A stretch of 64,000 bases of DNA from Proteromonas lacertae (lineage: Eukaryota). Under the pieces are notes generated by a model. That model was not told the DNA's origin. It searched no databases and worked only from the letters and a program-made list of their open reading frames with translations. The stretch lies in assembly GCA_002245135.1 (NCBI GenBank), contig NGBS01000296.1, positions 62,001 to 126,000 on the forward strand, read 5' to 3'. Below, one piece after another: positions 35,614 to 47,794 of the stretch. The position numbers and the translations under genes were made by a program. Numbering within the stretch: the stretch's first letter is position 1; each line of letters begins with the position of its first letter.

Positions 35614-35986
35614 GATGATTTAATAATTGGGAGAATTTCTTCTCAAATATCAGGTAATTCTACGTAATTACTGTGTAACAGAGTATAATATATATGCATA
35701 TTATACCCCTATATCACAGTAATTCGTAGATATTATCAAATCAGATGAACAATTCTTTTAAAGAACACAAAGTTAAAATGGTTCTTTACAGGAAAATACT
35801 ACTCTGCGGAGAGTATTAAAAATTGTCATATTGTGTGTAGATAATACTACACACCTGCATTTGCTAATAGCACGAATTAGAGTGGCACTGGGGTATAATA
35901 TGATATACTATACCCAGTTACAACAGTAATCCCGTAGAATTACTTGAAATCTGAGAAGAAATTCTCTTAATTATTAAATCATTTTA
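35611..35986. repeat. Long imperfect inverted repeat (foldback) with nested hairpins
   Basis: Arms of about 130 nt (atgatttaataattgggagaatttcttctc... / ...gagaagaaattctcttaattattaaatcat); internal hairpins aatactactc-tgcg-gagagtatt and gtgtgtag-ataata-ctacacac. Confidence 0.85.
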
Positions 35987-36053
35987 TTATATTATGTATA
36001 TTGTGTTTAATGAGAAGAAAAAAACAAATTAAAACTAAAAATTAAAACAAAAA

Positions 36054-39017
36054 TTACTTAATATCTTTAATCACTTCATCACTTATAGTTACTAATGTAT
36101 CAAATGGAATCTATAACATAAAATAAATATAAATATAAAATATACATGTCTATAATGTCCATAATACATATTATTCCTTAATTCTCTACTTCTATATCCA
36201 GGACTATCAATTCCCCATAATAACTTCGCTACAGTATTTCCTGTAAGATCTCCCATTGTCGGTTCATTAACTATTGATTCTATAATTCTTCGAACATTCT
36301 TTAGAACAATATCTTTTACTGGTTCATATAACGGCATTTGTGGCTCGTATTTCCTATTAAAATAATCTTCAATAGATTGAATAAGATTTGGGTTAGTTTT
36401 AATATCTTTACTATTTTCAAAGTAATTAACTACTTTGTTTCTATTGAAAATGTCCATAACACATTGAGCGTGATATAAATCATTCTATTAATACATAATA
36501 ATATAAATATAAATGTACTTGTTGTTTATATTTCATTATATCCAACAACTCATAACACATTCTATCCAAATCACTTTCATTCAATTTCTTTAAGATTTGA
36601 AGTATAATTCCTTTGTTTATAAATCGAAAATGAAGTGAGAAAAATGTATGATAATATTTCAACTCTGTTAATGTATCAATGACAGATTTATTGATGATTT
36701 TAGAGAATTGAATTATTGATATTTTATAACTCAATATTCCATCTTCTAATTGACTTTTCAATGCATATTTATACAATTCTCTTAGGGTTTTTGATTCATT
36801 ACATAACTATACGATAGAAAAAGAGAAATATAAATACACTTTTAATTCTCTCTAAATCATTTATTACAACATATAAATTAACTCCATTTATATATGTCAA
36901 AATATCTTTTGATTCTAATTCCACCAGTATGTATTCAATTATATTCTCATCAATATCTATTACACTTATACTATTTTCTATATCAACATAAGAAGCAGAA
37001 GAAATCTCATCATAATTATCAACAAAAATCAATTTCAATAAATATCTCAAATGTTTAAAATCAGTATTATTCCCATAAATATGGTATAATTGATCAATAA
37101 TATCATTTCTATTATATAGAACATAACTAAAAGATTCAATTCCATTTCTCCCAGCTCTTCCTGTTTCTTGTACATATCCCTCGATACTTAAAGGACAATC
37201 GTAATGGATAATACATTTAATATCCAATTTATTAATACCCATTCCATAGGCTATTGTACAGACTAAAATTTTGAGTTTATTCTCTAAGAAATGTTTATGA
37301 TTTTTATCTTTTTCTTCTTGTTTCATTCCTCCATGATAATAACCTGTTTTGTAGTTTAATTCATTTAATATCTTACTTAATTCTTCACATTTTGTTTGTT
37401 TTCCTGTGTATATAATAATTGGTTTATTCTTTAAGTTTTCTTTGGCTAAAATTGTCTTTAATATTGTCAGTTTATCATTTGTTTCTTCTATTACATAATA
37501 ATTCAAATTATCTCTTCTCCAATTCAATAAATAAACATCCTCATTCTGAATATTAAACCAACTCTGTATTGTCTCATTCACTTCTTTATTTCCGGTGGCA
37601 GTTAATAATAGAAATGATATTTTATTATCAACATAATACTTATTATGAAACTGTTTGATTAATCGATAGAATGATGGTCTAAAGTTGTGACTCCATTGGC
37701 TAATACAGTGACATTCATCTAATACAATTAAATTAGGAATTGGAAAGAGTGAAGTATTATTAAGTAACTTTTGAAAAGATGATTTTAAGAAGAATTCTGG
37801 AGAAATAAATATCATCTATAAAATTAATAGAAAAATATGTAAAATATTATACTTTGATTATTCCTTTGGATATTTTCTCTAATGTTTCTATGATTTGATT
37901 GGACGATATTGATGAACTAATAATTGCACCATTTATTCCCTTCGGCAAATTGATCATTTGATCATTCATTAATGATAATAACGGAGATATAATAATTGTT
38001 AATTTGTTGGTGATTATTGTTGGGATTATATAACATAATGATTTACCATATCCTGTTGGTAATACTGCATACTAATTTACATGAATAATATATATATATA
38101 TATACTGTATTATGATGGTTTAATATTGATTTGATAATTTCCTTTTGTTTTGGTTTATATTCTGTTATATTTCCTCCATAGATGTTCTTTAATATTCTAT
38201 CCAATTTATCATCATTATAATCTTCTTCTTCTTCTTCTTCTTCTGTTTCAGTATCTTCATCATTTTCTTCTTCTATTTCTTCTAATGGTGTAAATATATT
38301 ATATATCACATCATCTTTCCAAATGAAGAAATCACATTTCATATCTTTACTAAATCTGCATCGATAATAAGCTCTACCGTAATTACGATTCTTAGTAACA
38401 ACTTTTTTCAATATTGCTGGTTCTGAATGATAACATAGTGGAATCTTCGATTTTAATGATTCTGGTATATTTCCTAGTTTATAGTCTATATAGAGTGATA
38501 TTGGATCGTATATAGTGAATGTTGGCTCTGCTATTGATAATATCTTTGTTCTCTTCTTCTTTGGCTTTTGATTGTGTGTTTTTAATGTTCTTATCTTTCT
38601 TCGATTTAAATCTAATTTAACGAAATTATCACTCACAATTAACTTCTTCCTTTTATTGTTTGGCTGTTCTTCTTCTTCCTCCTCTTCATGTTCGATTTTT
38701 CTCTTAATTCTTTTCACCTTTGGTGTTTCAATATTCTCTGGAAATTCTTCATGTTGTTCAGTTGTTTTATGAGTTTCTTTTATATAATCTGTGTGTGTTT
38801 CTGTATCTGGAATAACTGAACTTGGTGAGCTTTCTATATTACGCTTACATACAATAGGAGTGTGTAAATCAATTGAATTAGTAGCTTCCTTAGCCTTATC
38901 CACTTGATTGAGTTTCTTCCAGTTCAATGAACATGTTTTCCCAATATATGACTAATGAATATAACAAACAATGAATACTAGAGTTAATGGCTTCTTTGTT
39001 ACCTTTGGTTTCAACAT
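36054..39017 (-). CDS. RECQL4: RecQ4-like DNA helicase with GRF zinc finger (multi-exon)
   Basis: zf-GRF CYHSEP...NYGRAYYRC...CDFFIW; LPTGYGKSLCY, DECHCISQWSHNFRP, LTATG, TIAYGMGINK, QETGRAGRNG; C-terminal TVAKLLWGIDSP is RECQL4-like. Confidence 0.88.
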
Positions 39018-39053
39018 TTTAATTTTTGGCGCGATTTTTTATTTCTTAAATAA

Positions 39054-40544
39054 ATGAATGGAATAAAAAAGTTTATATCTAATTGTAGTTCATGGTTTAG
39101 TTCATCTGAAAAGCCTACCAAAAGAAAACGATCAACAAAGTATTTTCATCTATATTATCTTGAAATTAGATCATCTCCAAAGAAAAGAAAGACAGACAGT
39201 GGTTCTCAAGATGTTCCATCTAATCCAATACAAATAACTTCAATTGAACCTATTAGGTATGATGTAGCACTTTATTTTCCTTAATTATAGACTTGACCCA
39301 ACAAGTTCAATGTTGGCAGATGCCTATGAAAAAGTGTTTTATGAATATGCTGAAGATGGTAATATAATAGATGAAGCTAAACTGTTAGAGATTACAAAAG
39401 GAATCTACCAGCTCTCTGAGAAATCATTGCACAAAATTGCAGAATATCTAAATCAGATATTATATGTGCATGATTTCTTAAAAGAAAATAACTATGTAAA
39501 ACCAGTAATCAACTTAATTGCAGTAATATCAACCTTGAAAGTATTTGATATATATGAAAAGTCAATAACAGTACCAAATAATTTAACAATAAATGGTTAT
39601 TGTAAATTAATGGATGATGTTATTCGTATTATTTTTATTTTAATAATCATAGATACTAGAAAAATGCATAATTCATATTCTAGTGATTTACAGATATTTC
39701 AGGATGATTTTGAAAGTAAAAAAACTGAATTATTACGTAATATCAGAATGTTTAATAAAATGATAGAAAGTAAAAGAAGTGGTAATGCAATTGTTTATAA
39801 GTCAGATTCTGAATGTTATGAAAATGTTATTAACAGAATAAGTAGCAGAATCGATGATGAAAAAAAGAAAAATGATAAATTGAATGCTGTAGATGAAACT
39901 AAAACTATAACTAGATTTATATTTGAGAGTTTGAGTGATAGCGATTTGGAGTTAATAAAGAAAATGAAGAGTTCAATAAAATGTAAAGGTATTGATGGTA
40001 GTGGTTTTGAATTGGATAAATTGGTTGATTTTTTAAAAGATATTGATAACTTATTAACAAAGAATATAAAATCAGCTAAAGATTATTTTGAAAGTGGTGA
40101 TAAGAAATATTGTAAAAAGATTTACAATATAATCGAAACAATGATAGATCCAATAGTAAAAAAGATTAGAAAAAGTATAGATGAGATAAATAGAGAAAAT
40201 AAGGAAATTGAAGGATTTGATAATGAAATAAATAAATTAAATAGGTCATATGGAGGTGGAAATACTCCTAAAAAGGAAGAGTTGATGAATAAAAAGAGAA
40301 TTAGTGAAGAAAATATAGTAAAAAATAAATCAATTCAAAGAGATGCAAAAACAGAGTTGAATGATATTATAAAGAGTTTTAATCAATGTATTTTTGTGTT
40401 TGTGTTTTTATTATTATAGATGGAAATGTGTTAAAGCCTATGGATCGTAAATGTAAAACTACATTGAAAAAGAAATTAGATGGTTTAGTTGGATTGGATT
40501 GTTATGTAGATGAATATAAAAATCTATGTAGCCTATTAATATAA
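39054..40544 (+). CDS. Unknown helical/coiled-coil protein with basic NLS-like N-terminus, paralog A (4 introns)
   Basis: Joined ORFs 39054 and 39310 plus a last exon ending TAA 40542-40544; collinear with the inverted paralog at 44785-46293. Confidence 0.7.
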
Positions 40545-40718
40545 TTCTATTAAAACTGATTATATAACTAATATATGACTAAATTATTATTTTTTAAGTA
40601 TAATAGCATAACCCTTTTTCTGTAGTGCATGTACTATTTTCATCACATGGTATTAGATTTTATATTTCTAAAATATAGAAAGCTTGAATTCTGTTTTGAT
40701 TTTTATATGTTCGTTTTT

Positions 40719-42969
40719 ATGAAAAGTATTGTTTCTGCTTATCTAATGCTATAGAGAGTAATACATTACCTACTATCAGGTCATCTCGTAGTAAACCTAT
40801 GAGTCCAATAAGTCCTCTTCGTATATTTTGTGGATTTTATGAAATAGTTAACCAAAATGCATCACTTAATTCTCCTTCTATGATGGGAATGTCTCCAATA
40901 AGAATATCGGTTCATACAAATGAACTAAGTACTTTGTCAAGATATGTTGATGAGTTGGTTATAAATGAAAAATTACACCGTCAAGTGAAAGATGGAAAGA
41001 AGAAAGTTAGTCCTGAACTATTTTACAAACTCAATAAACTTCATGATGTTGCAATAAATGAATTAGTAAAGCAAGTGGAAGTACATTGTCCAATTGTTGC
41101 TGAATTAATAGAAATGGTATGGAAAGAAGAAAAGTGGTTAGTTAATTTAATGAATAATTCAATAGTCACAAATAACAATCAAATTATATCATTAAACACA
41201 GTTGTTGAACATAATCAATTAGAAAAGAAAATTAGATCCAGTGAACAACAACGTATATATTATTATATATAGATTATATTATGAAATTAGAGTTAATTAG
41301 TTCTTTACAAAGTGAAAGGAGTAGATTAGAAACAATATTAAGAGTATAATTAATAATTATTATTATTTATGTAGAAAACTCAAGCAGAATTAGATGCTGA
41401 ACAAAAACATGTCAAAACATTCCAAAATGAAATCAGTGCTTTAAGGTCAGTTATAGATGCAGAGGTGCATGGTTATCAAGAGACAAGTGATGAAGAGTTA
41501 GCAAAGTATGGAGATGGTGATACAGCCGCAGCATTACGAAGTACTCAGACATTTGAAGAAATGAATGAGTTAATACAGTCAATGGAAAAGGAAAGATTGA
41601 ATATTGCACATTTTTTAATGGAATATCAAAGAGTGACTAGATCTTATGAAATTGAAGAATTTCAGAAATATAAAAATACTAGATCTGTATATACATTTTA
41701 TATTTATGTTTTTTATTAGATTAATTTCAGAAGTCAAGGTGTTCAAACTGATGTTAGTAGTGGAGCTGGATTAGCCAAACCTCCCAAACCTCCAGCATCT
41801 TGGACAGATGCTTTAAGAATCCCACCGAGAGTGAGAATATATATGCATGCATTCTCTAGAGGTAAAATAGTGAATAAAGATCAATTGAAAGATACAATAA
41901 AGACAATATATATATCATTGAAGTTAGATGCTGTGGATAAACCATATTTATTCTCATTTGCATCTTATGTTTGTACGTATATTGCTCATTTGTATATAAA
42001 GAATCCTGATTTAGCTGATTGGCATATTTCATATCATTTTTTCCATTTATCAATTTCTATTGATTATTATTATCTTTAATTTATATTTAATGAATTATTA
42101 GAAAGTATTGAAACTTATAAAGATGATATTAGAGTGTCAACCTTCAATAATCTATTATTAAATGTCTATCCGTTTCGATTTTTAGAAGTTTTAGTGAGAT
42201 TATTCACATTCAGTAAAGAGACTGACTTATTAGAACTTCCAGAACATGTTCAAGGTGTATTTAGAGATGTATATTATTATTATGTTATATTATGTGTATA
42301 TAGAATGTAGTTAGATTAATTCGAGAATCAATGTATTTAAAAACATATTCAATAGAAGAATTAGTGAATAAAGTGGAGAATTTTCCATGTGTTTTACAAG
42401 GTAAAGTGACTAGAAGAGATATATTAGATTGTGATAAAATATTGGAGTTATTACACGATTATTATTATAATCATATTTACACATATCAAAAAGAGAAATT
42501 GGAGAATGTATTTAGACATGAATGTACAATGTATTTATTAATATATTATTATTATTTTATTTTGAATAGATATGCAATTGTGAATGACAAAGCAATCAAA
42601 ATTGATGAATCAGCTAAAAAAGGATTTGGAAATGATGTAGAAATTGTAGAAAAAGTTGATTTAAGAGGATTTAAACATATTATTCAAGAAGTGAATGCTT
42701 TTTATTTATCTGATATTCGTAAGGCATTTGTTGAAGGTAAAGAAATTCATGAATTTAACAGTGATTTACACTTTAAATCGCAATATATGAGATTTCCACT
42801 TCCTGAGAATCCTTCTACTACATTTTTCGTTGATTTGAAGAGTGGTAAAACTCAATGGACGATTATTAAACCTGAAGATAATGACACTGAGTTGACTTTG
42901 GAAGATTTTCTTCAATTATCGTTTCATTATTATTTAGGAGTGCCAAATCCAAATAAAATCTTAATGTAA
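40719..42969 (+). CDS. Coiled-coil protein with axonemal dynein light chain-like segment and C-terminal WW-like motif (multi-exon)
   Basis: HDVAINELVKQVEVHCPIVAELIEMVW resembles the Ax_dynein_light core (ELIRQV-x2-C-x-E-x-G-x-LL); TTFFVDLKSGKTQW is WW-like; exons linked by short introns. Confidence 0.55.
42031..42090 (+). other. Candidate U12-type (minor) intron with AT-AA ends
   Basis: An in-frame TAA at 42077 must be removed; 5' ATATCATT, branch-like TCTTTAAT 42073-42080; splicing gives LADWHIS-ELLESIETY. Confidence 0.55.
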
Positions 42970-44719
42970 ATATATATAATCTTAATTGATATTGTTTATT
43001 GATGTATATTGAGTTTAAAATGAAAAATCAAAAATCAAACATGTTCGAATATTAAATCCTTTATTTTGAATGTTATAATCACTTTGATTAACTGATTAAA
43101 TGATCAATATTTCAAATTGTAACATCTATTTTTCAAATATAGATTACTGAATGGATCTATGGATAAAGTCAAAATCAGAATGTTAAAAAGTGATCATGTG
43201 AGTGTGATACACTGTATATATATTAATTAATGTATAAATAATTCATAGAACCATTATTAAGTCTGTTTTGAAATAATTTATCACAAAATGTATTATATTA
43301 AGAATATAAACAGCCGATATGTAATAATTAGTATAGATAGATAGAATATGATTGAAAAACAAAAAGAAAGAAAGTAAAGAAAGAAAAACAGAAGAGTGTT
43401 CTGAAGTGTTGATAATAAGAAGGATAATGAAAATAATACAGAAATAAAAGGATATCATATCATTATTATGTTAATTAATTAGGTCTATTAAACTGAAATT
43501 TCAAATAATGATATAATCTAAAACTATTGGATTATTAAGATTCGTTTCTAATATCAAATAGAATTGATTCAATATTCATTATAAGAATTTCAGTCGAAAT
43601 GATGAAATATTTTACATTTTGCTTATTGTTAATAAGTAGTTATGCTATAACATGTCCAAATATGTGTAGTGGTCATGGTAGTTGTAACAATGGAGTTTGT
43701 TTATGTGGAGTTGGTTTTACAAGTGGTGATTGTAGTTTAAGATTATGTCCTCGAGATGTTCCTTACACTGATCCAAATGGTGAGTTAGCAGAGGGTAAAA
43801 GAACTTATTTAGAATGTAGTGGTCAAGGTAAATGTGACAGAGTGAAAGGTGAATGTGAATGTTTTGATGGATATGAAGGAAGTGCTTGTCAAAGACAAAA
43901 ATGTCCAAACAACTGTAATAATCATGGAGTTTGTACAGCTGTAAACTTATTGAAGTTAGAAGATCGAGTATTAGAAGATGCTTATTATGATAATGGATAT
44001 TGGGTTGAAACAACTGGTAAAAAACAATACAATTATTGGGATGTAGATCATAGTTTTCAATGTGTTTGTGATAAAGAATGGAGTGGATATGATTGTAGTC
44101 AAAGAAAATGTCCAACAGGTTATGTGAGTGTAAGTGATTGTGATAGTGAACCACAAACTACACAAACAATTGAATTTAATAATGGTGATGGAAGTATAGT
44201 AGTTAGTAAATCATTTTACATTGAATATACTGATCAATTAGGAAGAAAATGGTATACTGATTTGGTTACTGGTGGTGGAGATGCTGTAGCAACAGCTAAA
44301 GCAATTAAAGAAGAATTACAGAAATTACCACCTGGAGTAATTGATTTAGCTGATGTAACAGCTGAAACTGTAGTATCTACAACAAATATTGTAGTTAAAT
44401 TTGGTAAACATCAAACAGGAAAACAAACACCAATGAGAGTAATTGGAAAGAGTTCATTAGGAGCTGGTGGTGAATTTGGTGAACAAAAATCTGCACCTGG
44501 TTATCATGGAATGTTTGTTCAAACTGATATGTTAGAAAATACAACTCCATTTGCAGTGAAAGATGGAATTTCTCCATTAGTATGTGGTGGAAATGGTATT
44601 TGTAATACAGAAACAGGAATATGTGGATGTTTTAGTGATTATTATGGATTAGCTTGTACTTTACAAAAAGAATTAATCTAAACTAATAAATTCACTTTCC
44701 ATTTCTTATTCTTTTTATA
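42931..44719 (+). repeat. Inverted segmental duplication, arm 1 (about 1.8 kb)
   Basis: Reverse complement of 54764-56567; includes the last codons of the upstream gene, about 630 nt of intergenic DNA and the EGF gene. Confidence 0.95.
43599..44681 (+). CDS. Secreted EGF-like tubular mastigoneme-type protein (Ocm1/Sig-like), copy 1
   Basis: Signal peptide; CPNMCSGHGSC, GDCSLRLCP, ECSGQGKCDR..GECECFDGYEGSACQR..CPNNCNNHGVC, WD...CVCD..WSGYDCSQRKCP, Cys-poor middle domain, terminal EGF CGGNGICNTETGICGCF. Confidence 0.8.
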   Translation: MMKYFTFCLLLISSYAITCPNMCSGHGSCNNGVCLCGVGFTSGDCSLRLCPRDVPYTDPNGELAEGKRTYLECSGQGKCDRVKGECECFDGYEGSACQRQKCPNNCNNHGVCTAVNLLKLEDRVLEDAYYDNGYWVETTGKKQYNYWDVDHSFQCVCDKEWSGYDCSQRKCPTGYVSVSDCDSEPQTTQTIEFNNGDGSIVVSKSFYIEYTDQLGRKWYTDLVTGGGDAVATAKAIKEELQKLPPGVIDLADVTAETVVSTTNIVVKFGKHQTGKQTPMRVIGKSSLGAGGEFGEQKSAPGYHGMFVQTDMLENTTPFAVKDGISPLVCGGNGICNTETGICGCFSDYYGLACTLQKELI

Positions 44720-44784
44720 CTTTTTAATCAATACAAAAATAAAATAATCATTAATCAAGTTATATAAACAGTTCTTTAAGATAA

Positions 44785-46293
44785 TTATAAAAACAATCTG
44801 ACAAGTTTTTCATATTCATTACTATACAATCCAACTCCTTTTAAACTATCTAACTTCCTTCTCAATATTGTCTTGTTTGAATAATTTATACTTTTCAGCA
44901 TATCTCCATCTATAATAATAATAATAATAATAATAACACAAATTATACATTGATTAAAACTTGTTAGAATACTGTTTAATTTCTCTCTTGTATTGATTAT
45001 TATTGAGTTATTTTTAACTATATTTTCTTCACTAATTCTCTTTTTATCTTCTAAATCAAGTATTCTAGGTGATTTGCTATTTCCCATATTCAAATATAAC
45101 TTATTTAATTCATTTTTATATCCTTCAATTTTCCTGTTTTCTCTATTTATCTCATCTATACTTTTCTTATTCTCTTTCACTATTGGATCTATCATTGTTT
45201 CGATTATATTGTAAATCTTTCTACAATATTTCTTATCACCACTTTCAAAACAATCTTTAGCTGACTTTAAATTCTTTGTTAATAAGTTATCAATACTCTC
45301 TAAAAATTCAACCAATTTATCCAATTCAAAACCACTACCATCAATACCTTTACATTTTATTGAACTCTTCATTTTCTTTATTAACTCCAAATCGCTATCA
45401 CTCAAACTCTCAAATATATATTTTATCAAAGATTCAGTTTGTTTTGTTGATTGTAATTTATCATTATTCTTCATTTCATTGTTTATTTTTGTATTTAATT
45501 TCAATATTAACATTTCATAATTATTTGAATCTGATGCATTAGCAATTGAATTACCACTTCTTTTACTATCTATCATACTTTTAAACTTTGTAACATAAGG
45601 CTTTAATTGAGTCTTTTTACTCTCCAAGTCTTGTTGATATATTTGTAAATTAGTAGCATAAGTTGTATGAATCTTTCTTAATTCTATTATTATAATTATT
45701 AAAATGAAATAATACGAATGACTTCATCAATAAATTTACAATATTCTGCTACTGTTAAATTACTTGGTATTGTTATATCCTTTTCACATATATCAAATAT
45801 CTTCAATGTTGAAATTACTGCAATTAAGTTGATTACTGGCTTTACATAGTTATTTTCTTTTAAAAAATCATGTATACGAAGTATATCGTTAAGTAATTCT
45901 GAAATTTTATGTAATGAATTGTCAGAAACTGCGTAAATTCCTTTTGTAATTTCTTTGACCTTAGCTTCATCAAATATATTACCATCATCAGCATATTTAT
46001 AAAAAACTTTTTCATATGCATCTGCCAACATTGAACTTGTTGGGTCAAGTCTATATTTATGGAAGATATAGATATATAACATACCCAAGTGGTTCAATTG
46101 AAGTTATTTGAATTGGATTAGATGGTACATCTTGAGAACCACTGTCTGTCTTTCTTTTCTTTGGAGATGATCTAATTTCAAGATAATATAGATGAAAATA
46201 CTTTGTTGATCGTTTTCTTTTTGTGGGCTTTTCAGATCCTCCTAACCATGAACCAACAGTCTCCCAGGATGGTAGATAATCAAAAAAACCCAT
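44785..46293 (-). CDS. Unknown helical/coiled-coil protein, paralog A' (inverted copy of 39054-40544)
   Basis: ATG at 46293 (MGFFDYLP); same intron positions and blocks of identical sequence shared with paralog A. Confidence 0.7.
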
Positions 46294-46331
46294 TTTATAT
46301 CCGTTTCGCAAAATTTGAAAGTTGTTAGTAA

Positions 46332-47647
46332 ATGCTAATTTTATTTTTATTTTTCATTTTTCAATATGTTTTGTGTGAATTGAGCAACGAATCTAGTGGA
46401 GTGTGTAAAAACTATAACAATTCACCTCTTTTATGCAAATATTGTGGAAGTGAATTAACCTATCGTCATAATTATAAATTTTACATATCAGAATTGTCAA
46501 AAAGTACAAGAGATTACCATGATATTTGCCCTGCTATTGAAATCCAGTATTTTCAACATCCAGATGTATATTTTAGTATTTTTATGTGTAATAGACACAC
46601 GTAGATTATGGCTATATAACATTTGATTCAGTCGAACCGCTGTCTGTAATTAATACAAACAAACCAACAGCTTATGCTTCTTTTTATCCTTCATACGTTT
46701 GGGAAGAAATACGGTGTAGTAAATGTAATACAATATTAGGAAAGAAATTCTCTGAGCCAGATTTAGACAGTATTTTTATAATCATTTTCTTACTTTTTTT
46801 ATATAGGATTAAAACAATTGAAAAAGAATATAAGACAAAATCCAATCCCAGAAGAAGAGTTATTATCTCTCTTTCCACCTCCAATAATGAATGAAACTGA
46901 TTTTATATTAAGCAGATTCAAAGAATGTTTAATATATAAAATGGGTTTTTGGCATTATCAATATTGTCCAAATAAAGGAGTATAAAAATGATATTATTAT
47001 GTTATAGATTCATCAATATCATCCAGATCCAAAGCAAACAACCTATCCAGATCTGAACTTGGGATATTACATTCCATTTTATGAAAAAGGTAAAATGAAT
47101 AAAGATAAAACTGGTTCAATAGGTGTAATAACTGATGAAGAATTATCTCCATCAAAATCAACAACTAAAACAACAGCTACAAGTTCAATGTTTGGTAGAT
47201 TATATTATAGAGAGTTCTATGAGAATGGTGATATCTGTGAAGAAAACAATATGAAAAGACATACTGAGGTAAGAATTATCTATTGTGGAAATGGAGAAAA
47301 TGAGATAAAACAAGTGAAAGAGGTTGGTTTGTGCAATTATCGAATTACAGTGTGTTTTAATGAATTAGAGAAGTTGGAGAGATATAAATATAGAGTTAAT
47401 ATTTGTCCATATTGTAATAAACCGTATATATAACATATATAAACTATTTGTTTTATATAGATTCTTGATTAAGAATAATGTGGAAGAAAATCAGTTTGAA
47501 AGTCATAAAATCGATTGTATTGGTAGTGATGAAGGTAATAAGAAGAAAAGATCTACTTTCTATGCATTTAACATGGAAAGTGTAATTTTTGAAGATGATG
47601 AGCTATTAGACTTCATCACTGAACCTGTTAATTTATTAGACTCTTAA
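46332..47647 (+). CDS. Secretory protein: CULT (cereblon/Yippee-like Zn) domain + MRH (OS-9/XTP3-B-like) lectin domain
   Basis: Signal peptide; LLCKYCG...QYFQHPD...SFYPSYVWEEIRCSKCNTILGKKF after splicing; then GFWHYQYCP..IHQYH and YENGDIC....RHTEVR..C....VKEVGLCNY. Confidence 0.75.
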
Positions 47648-47794
47648 AATATTAAGCTAATATATATATCGTTAAAAAACAAAACAAAATAAATAACTAG
47701 AGACAAAATTATTAAATATTTATTTATATATATCATATTAAATTGTAAATTACTTATATTACTATATTACTACCTACTAAAAACAACATCAATT

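Noticed and set aside
43243..43458. Hydrophobic ORF duplicated at 56040-56372, containing ATATCCTTT and ATATCGGCT (minor 5' site-like words)
   Set aside because: Low-complexity T-rich upstream DNA conserved only because it lies in the duplication; the stop position differs between copies and there is no exon context.
43717..44577. His-rich antisense ORFs over the EGF genes (also 55336-55781)
   Set aside because: Reverse-strand shadows of TGT/GGT-rich Cys/Gly codons.
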